A program made the position numbers and the translations under genes. Below, one piece after another: positions 58,095 through 64,000 of a DNA stretch of 64,000 nucleotides. How positions within the stretch are numbered: the stretch's first letter is position 1; the number at the start of each line of letters is the position of its first letter. The stretch comes from an uncultured Planctomycetota bacterium (GTDB lineage: Bacteria; Planctomycetota; Planctomycetia; Isosphaerales; Isosphaeraceae). The stretch lies in contig CAWJTV010000020.1 in the NCBI GenBank assembly GCA_963845755.1, positions 1 to 64,000 of the forward strand, in the 5' to 3' direction. The notes under the pieces are model-generated. The model was not told the origin of the DNA and did not search any database. It saw nothing but the letters and a program-made list of their open reading frames with translations.

Positions 58095-60158
58095 ATGGAT
58101 GCGACTTCACCCGAAGCCGTGGCTCGGCGAGAGTCGGGCCAGATGCCACTCTCCCCGTTGGGCGCGGTCCTGCTGGCAATTTCGTTCGGACTCTTCGCAG
58201 GCTACATGGATCTGGGGGTGATGCTCTTCAAGAAGACCTTTTTGAATCAAGAGGGGGCCTTTCGAAGCGGCAGGGATTTCCCCTGGACGGTCCCGCTGGG
58301 CCACGTGGTCCTCATGATGATTCCGGGTCTGATCGTGGCTGTCACGAACCGGATCCGGCCGAAACCCCTCTCCCTGTGCGCGGCGTCGTGGTGGTTCGCG
58401 ACACTTGCGATCTGGGGGGCCTTGCTGCGGCTGCCGATGAACGACGTTTGCCGCGTGATCATGGCCGTCGGAGCGGGTCGGTGGATCGGCACAACGATTG
58501 TATCCCACGGCTTGCGGTCTCGATTGATACGCTCCATCCGGTTGTCGCTCGTTGGCCTGTTGCTCGTGCTCGCGGCACTCTCGACAGGCTGGCAGGTGTT
58601 CCAGGAATACCGCGCAGTGGCCGGATTGCCGGCCGCGCCGTCGGGCGCCCGCAATGTCGTGCTGATCGTTTGGGACACCGTCCGTTCTTACAATCTGAGC
58701 CTCTCGGGCTATCACCGGGATACCACACCATTCTTGAAGCGTTGGGCTCAACGAGGAGTCAACTATCGCCTCGCGCTGCGCGCCGCTCCCTGGACGTATC
58801 CCTCGCATACCTGCTTCTTCACCGGCCAGTGGCCCTTCGAGCTCAATACCCAGTGGAAGTTCCGCCTGGATACGCCCCAGCCGACCCTGGCCGAGTTCCT
58901 GGCCTCACGCGGCTATCAGACCGCCGGGTTCGCGGCAAACACCAACTGCTGTAGTTATGAGAGCGGGCTGGCGCGGGGGTTTGCCCATTACGAAGACTAC
59001 GCGTTGACGCCGTGGTCCTTGCTCACTCGCACGGTTCCGGGCAAGTGGATCCTCGAGAACGTCTTGGATCCCAGTAGCTTCTTCGACCGGAAGTGGATCG
59101 ACCTGCAATCCCGCCATGCATACGAGCTCAACGAGACCTTCCTCACCTGGCTGGGTCGGCGCCGGACGGATCGCCCCTTCTTCGCCTTCCTGAACTACTT
59201 CGACGCCCACGAGCCGTACCTTCCTCCAGAGGACCATTTCGGCCAGTTCGGAATCCGGCCCCAGTTCCCGCGAGATCATCGATTCCTGATGGAATATGTG
59301 GGGACGATCAAGAGCCTGCTCCGATTGCGGGACGTCGAGATGGCCCGCGACTGCTACGATGACTGCATCGCCTCCCTCGATGAGCAACTGCGTCGCTTGC
59401 TCTACGCACTCCATAGCCAGGGGCTCCTCGAGAACACGGACGTGATCATCACGTCCGACCATGGGGAGGCGTTCGGCGAGCATACGACGTTCGGCCACTC
59501 ATACACTCTCATGCTCAACGAGATCGGCGTCCCGCTGGTCATCGTCTCCCCCCGCGCTCCGGCGGGGAAAGTGGTGACTAGCCCCGTCAGCCTGCGCGAC
59601 CTGCCGGCAACCGTGGTCGACCTGCTAGGCCTCTCGGACGGCTCGCCGTTCCCGGGCCGTTCGTTGGCGGCTCACTGGGAATCGGCAGAGGGGGAGGATT
59701 CGGAGATCACGACCCCCGCCCTGACCGAGCTGGTCGATGCGACCGCATTCCAGGCGCAGCCTGGGCACGACGGCGGGCACGCGGGCTTCCAGATGTCCCT
59801 GGTGGCTTCGGGCCACCATTACATCCGGTCCGCCCTGGGAGCCGAGGTGCTTTTCGACCTGAAACGCGATCCCTACGAGCGATACGACCTGATGCAGTCC
59901 ACTGAAGGCAATCGACAGGTGGCGGTCTTTCGGAAGAAACTCCTCGAGGTGCTGACCGAGAACCGCGGCTCGGTCGAGGCGGAAGCGAGTTACCTTCGGG
60001 ATTACCGCAAATCGCTCGAAGCCCTCCTTCGCCAATCAGATCCGCAATTGTCTTCAGCCCCCGAACAGGGGCGTCAAGACGCAGCCAGGGATGTCAGCTC
60101 CCGGAGCACGCCGGGCCATCACCCCGCCGGGGCCCTTCGGATAGCCTCTGACAGATAA
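58095..60158 (+). CDS. Membrane-anchored sulfatase-like protein, copy A
   Basis: TM N-terminus, NVVLIVWDT, WTYPSHTCFFTG, DAHEPY, SDHGE. Confidence 0.9.
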   Translation: MDATSPEAVARRESGQMPLSPLGAVLLAISFGLFAGYMDLGVMLFKKTFLNQEGAFRSGRDFPWTVPLGHVVLMMIPGLIVAVTNRIRPKPLSLCAASWWFATLAIWGALLRLPMNDVCRVIMAVGAGRWIGTTIVSHGLRSRLIRSIRLSLVGLLLVLAALSTGWQVFQEYRAVAGLPAAPSGARNVVLIVWDTVRSYNLSLSGYHRDTTPFLKRWAQRGVNYRLALRAAPWTYPSHTCFFTGQWPFELNTQWKFRLDTPQPTLAEFLASRGYQTAGFAANTNCCSYESGLARGFAHYEDYALTPWSLLTRTVPGKWILENVLDPSSFFDRKWIDLQSRHAYELNETFLTWLGRRRTDRPFFAFLNYFDAHEPYLPPEDHFGQFGIRPQFPRDHRFLMEYVGTIKSLLRLRDVEMARDCYDDCIASLDEQLRRLLYALHSQGLLENTDVIITSDHGEAFGEHTTFGHSYTLMLNEIGVPLVIVSPRAPAGKVVTSPVSLRDLPATVVDLLGLSDGSPFPGRSLAAHWESAEGEDSEITTPALTELVDATAFQAQPGHDGGHAGFQMSLVASGHHYIRSALGAEVLFDLKRDPYERYDLMQSTEGNRQVAVFRKKLLEVLTENRGSVEAEASYLRDYRKSLEALLRQSDPQLSSAPEQGRQDAARDVSSRSTPGHHPAGALRIASDR

Positions 60159-60331
60159 CGACTTACGGCCCACTACAAATCGTAATGGAGCCGGGGCTCG
60201 ACGGCCGCGACGTTGCGGAATCGTAAAAGGTCGGCTCGTGGGCCTGGATTGGTTGAGGATCGTGAGTGTAAGGTGGAGCTAACCACCCTAAACAGCATCG
60301 GGCGCAGGTCGTTCCCTTTTTTGATCCGTGA

Positions 60332-60485
60332 CCTAACGCGGCCTTCGGCCGCAACCCAAGAGGGATTCCGGATTCGCGATTCCCGATTCCCGAAGGGGAA
60401 TGATTCCGGTATCGGGAATCTCGAATCCGGAATTCGGAATCCCCAGAGGCGCACGGCGCAGGGACCCTACGCAGGAAGACTCGAA
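60332..60485. repeat. Full copy of the ~145-bp repeat
   Basis: Its reverse complement aligns with the 1101-1245 unit (CCCTGCGCC.TG.GCGCCT.TGGGG ... TTGCGGCCGAAGGCC.CGTT). Confidence 0.85.
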
Positions 60486-60632
60486 GTAAGAGGTTTACGT
60501 CACGTTTCGTAAGGCGCACTCCTGTGCTGCGCGGACGGCGGAGTCGGGCGTGTGCCCGGCTGACATCGGGACGCGGCCGGAATCTTGCCTGACGGTGCTG
60601 CGACGGCCTCTCCCAGGATGCGAGTGTGAGCC

Positions 60633-62572
60633 TTGACGGACGCGACTTCACCCGAAGCTGTGGCTCGGCGAGCGCCGGAGCCGACGCCACTTTCCCCGAT
60701 CGCCACACTCGTGCTGGCGATTTCGTTCGGCCTCTTCGGGGGCTACCTGGACCTGGGGGTGATGCTCTTCAAGAGGACCTTCCTGAATCCGGAGGGAGCC
60801 TTTCGAAGTGGCAGGGATTTCCCCTGGACGGTCCCGCTGGGCCACGCGGTCCTCATGATGATTCCCGGGCTCATCGTCGTCGTGGCGAATCGGGTCCGGC
60901 GGAAACCCCTCTCCCTGCGCGGCGTCGTGGTGGTTCGCGACACTCGCGATCTGGGGGGCTTTCTTGCGGCTGCCGATGAACAACATCGGCCGCCTGCTCC
61001 TGGCCGCCGGGCTGGGTCGTTGGATCAGCGCCGGAATCGCAGGTTCCGGCTGGCGGTCACCGATGTTGCGCTCAATCCGGTTGTCGCTCGTTGGCCTGTT
61101 GCTCGTCCTCGCGGCGCTCTCCTCGGGCTGGCAGGTGCTCCAGGAATACCGGGCGGTAGCCGGACTGCCGGCCGCGCCATCGGGCGCCCGCAACGTTGTG
61201 CTGATCGTCTGGGACACCGTTCGCTCGAACAATCTGAGTATCGCGGACTATGCGCGCGATACCACACCGCACCTGAAGCGGTGGGCTCAGCGCGGTGTCA
61301 CGTACCGCCTCGCGCTGCGCCCGCTCCCTGGACGTATCCCTCGCATACCTGCTTCTTCACCGGCCAGTGGCCCTTCGAGCTCAATACCCAGTGGAAGTTC
61401 CGCCTGGATACGCCCCAGCCGACCCTGGCCGAGTTCCTGGCCTCACGCGGCTATCAGACCGCCGGGTTCGCGGCAAACACCAACTGCTGTAGTTATGAGA
61501 GCGGGCTGGCGCGGGGGTTTGCCCATTACGAAGACTACTCATTGACGCCGTGGTCCTTGCTCAGTCGCACGGTTCCGGGCAAGTGGATCCTCGAGAACCT
61601 CGTGAGTCCGGGCAACTTCTTCGACCGGAAGTGGATCGGCCTGCAAACCCGCCATGCGCACGAGCTCAACGAGACCTTTCTCACCTGGCTGGGTCGGCGC
61701 CGGTCGGATCGCCCCTTCTTCGCCTTCCTGAACTATTTCGATGCCCACGAGCCCTACATTCCCCCACTCGAACATTACGGCCAGTTCGGTATCCGGCCCG
61801 CATTCCCCCGGGATTTCCGATTCCTCATGGATTATGTGGGGACGATCAAGGATCTGCTCCAACTGCGGGACATTACGATGGCCCGCGACTGCTACGATGA
61901 CTGTATCGCCTCCCTCGATGAGCAACTGGGCCGTTTACTCGAGACCCTGCAAAGCCGTGGGCTCCTCGAGAACACGGACGTGATCATCACGTCCGACCAT
62001 GGGGAGGCGTTCGGCGAGCATAAGACCTTTGGCCACTCATACAGCGTCATGCTCAACGAAGTCGGCGTCCCGCTGGTGATCCTCTCCCCCGCGCTCCGGC
62101 CGGGAGAGTCGTGAACAACCCTGTCAGCCTGCGCGACCTGCCGGCAACCGTGGTGGACCTGCTAGGTCTCTCGGACGGCTCGCCGTTCCCGGGCCATTCG
62201 TTGGCGGCTTACTGGGCGGACTCGGCCGGGGAGGATTCGGAGATCACAACCCCGGCCCTCTCGGAGCAGGTCGATGCGACCGCATTCCAGGCGCAGCCCG
62301 GGAGCGATGGCGGGCACGTTGATTTTCAGATGTCCCTGGTCACGGCGGGCCACCATTTCGTCCGATCCGGCCTGGGAGCCGAGCAGCTCTACGATCTGAG
62401 CCGCGATCCCTACGAGCGAAACGACCTCATGCTGTCGCCCGACGGCAACCGGCAAGTGGCGGTCTTTCGGAAGAAACTCCTCGAGGTGTTGACCGAGAAC
62501 CGCGGCTCGGTCGAGGCGGAAGCGAGTTACCTCCGAGATTACCGCAAATCGCTCGAAGCCCTCCTTCGATAG
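60633..62572 (+). CDS. Membrane-anchored sulfatase-like protein, tandem copy B (frameshifts)
   Basis: Colinear paralog of 58095-60158 spread over ORFs 60633, 60964 and 62111. Confidence 0.88.
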
Positions 62573-62595
62573 CAACTGACGTGTAAAGCTATCGA

Positions 62596-64000
62596 CTACG
62601 AGCGACGACCTGCTCGACGGAAGAACGCGTAGGCCGGCACGCCGAGCAGGATGATCCCCAGCCCGACCAGGGAGGGGACGCGGGTCGTGTCGTCCACCAG
62701 CATATTGCCGAGCAAGATGAGTGCGGCGGCCACGTAGATCAGGGGCGTCACCGGATAGCCCAGCGTGCGATACGGGCGGGGCAGGTCCGGCTGCCGGGCG
62801 CGGAGCACGAACACGCTGGCGATGGCCAGGGTGTAGAAGATGGTGGCGCCGAAGATCACATAGGTGAAGAGGAGATCGTAGAGCGGTGTCTGACTGAGCT
62901 TGGACCATGCGGCCAGGATCCAGGCGGGCACTCCTTGATGTGCGTCGGTGGGCGGAAACACGATCAGGGCCGTGCCGGCGACCGTCAGGATGATGGCCCA
63001 GATCCCCTGGGAGAGGATGGCGTTGGCCGGGGTCTGGAAGGTGGGATGGACCCGGCAGAGTCCGGCCGGGAACAGCCCGTCGCGGGCCATGGCGAAATAG
63101 GCGCGTGGGCCGGTCAGCGCGTTGCCGTTAAGCGAGATGAACGTCGAGCACATGACGAGGATCGAGATGGCCACGACGCCCGGGCGCCCAGGAGATGCTC
63201 GCAATACACGGCGGCCGCCGCCTTCTCGAATTGAGCGGACTCCCGGCTCGCCGAGCTGATTTCCTTCATCGGCAGGACGTAGTGATAGGCCAGGGTCATA
63301 CCGACATAGACGGCGATCAGCACCGCCGTGCCGTAGAGCAAGGCGCGGGGGATGCTGCGTCCGGGGTCGCGAATCTCCTCGGCGAGCGGGGTCACATTGG
63401 TCCAACCGTCGTAGGCCCAGAGCACGCCGACCATCGCCACCATCGCGCCGGAAAAGATCGAGCCCGCCCCCATCGTGGGCCAGACCGGCGTCAGGTTCGC
63501 GATCGCGCCGGCGCCGAGCGCAAAGGGCAACGCCATCATCACCGCGATCCCGCCGACCTTGAGGGCGGTCCCCACGACCTGGAGCATGCCCCCCCGCCGC
63601 GTGCCCAGGACATTCACAGCGGTCACCACGGCAATGGCCAGCACCGCGGCGCCCGCCTGCCACACCTTCACTGAGACACCCGCGGGCGGGCGGGCCAGTT
63701 GCGAGAAATATCGCGCGAAGGCCGCGGCCAGCGTCGCCATCGAACCGCTGCGCACCACCAGGAACTCCACCCAGCCGAACAGGAATGCCGGCAAGGCGCC
63801 ATACGCCGCACGGAGGAAAACGTAGAGCCCGCCGGCCTGCGGCAACATCGCACCTAGCTCCGCGAGCGTCAGGGCTCCGGCGGCGATGAAGATCCCGCCA
63901 ATGATCCACACCAGCACGATCCCGCTCAGGAACGGGACGTTATACGCCACGGTCGCCGGCACGAGGAAGATTCCCGAACCGATCACCGACCCGACGACGA
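62596..64000 (-). CDS. APC-family amino acid permease (5' partial; frameshift near 63185)
   Basis: IGSGIF, AELGAMLPQAGG.Y, WAYDGW, EEIRDP, FAMARDG, RPYRTLGYP. Confidence 0.93.

Overview
High-GC bacterial DNA, very probably a planctomycete (Isosphaeraceae-like): it carries a DUF1559 gene, membrane-anchored sulfatase-like proteins and DUF4912. Many single-base frameshifts, even in essential genes, point to an unpolished long-read assembly. Core content is an A2-type cytochrome c oxidase cluster (18.6-27.4 kb), an F1Fo ATP synthase operon split by about 9 kb between atpG and atpD, a probable 6S RNA next to 5-formyl-THF cyclo-ligase, hemW and several hydrolases. Most notable observations: (1) a compact 2.0-kb large serine recombinase element whose attL/attR can be read directly and which integrated into one arm of a REP-like palindrome; (2) an unannotated ORF with an in-frame TGA followed 11 nt later by an fdhF-like SECIS hairpin (candidate selenoprotein); (3) a ribosomal L7/L12-type domain inserted in oxidase subunit III; (4) a membrane-anchored, propeptide-less S53 peptidase with catalytic Glu replaced by Gln; (5) an ABC-type ATPase + DUF4276 module disrupted by IS5; (6) a dispersed and tandem ~145-bp repeat family. 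All family assignments are motif recognition by eye, not database searches.
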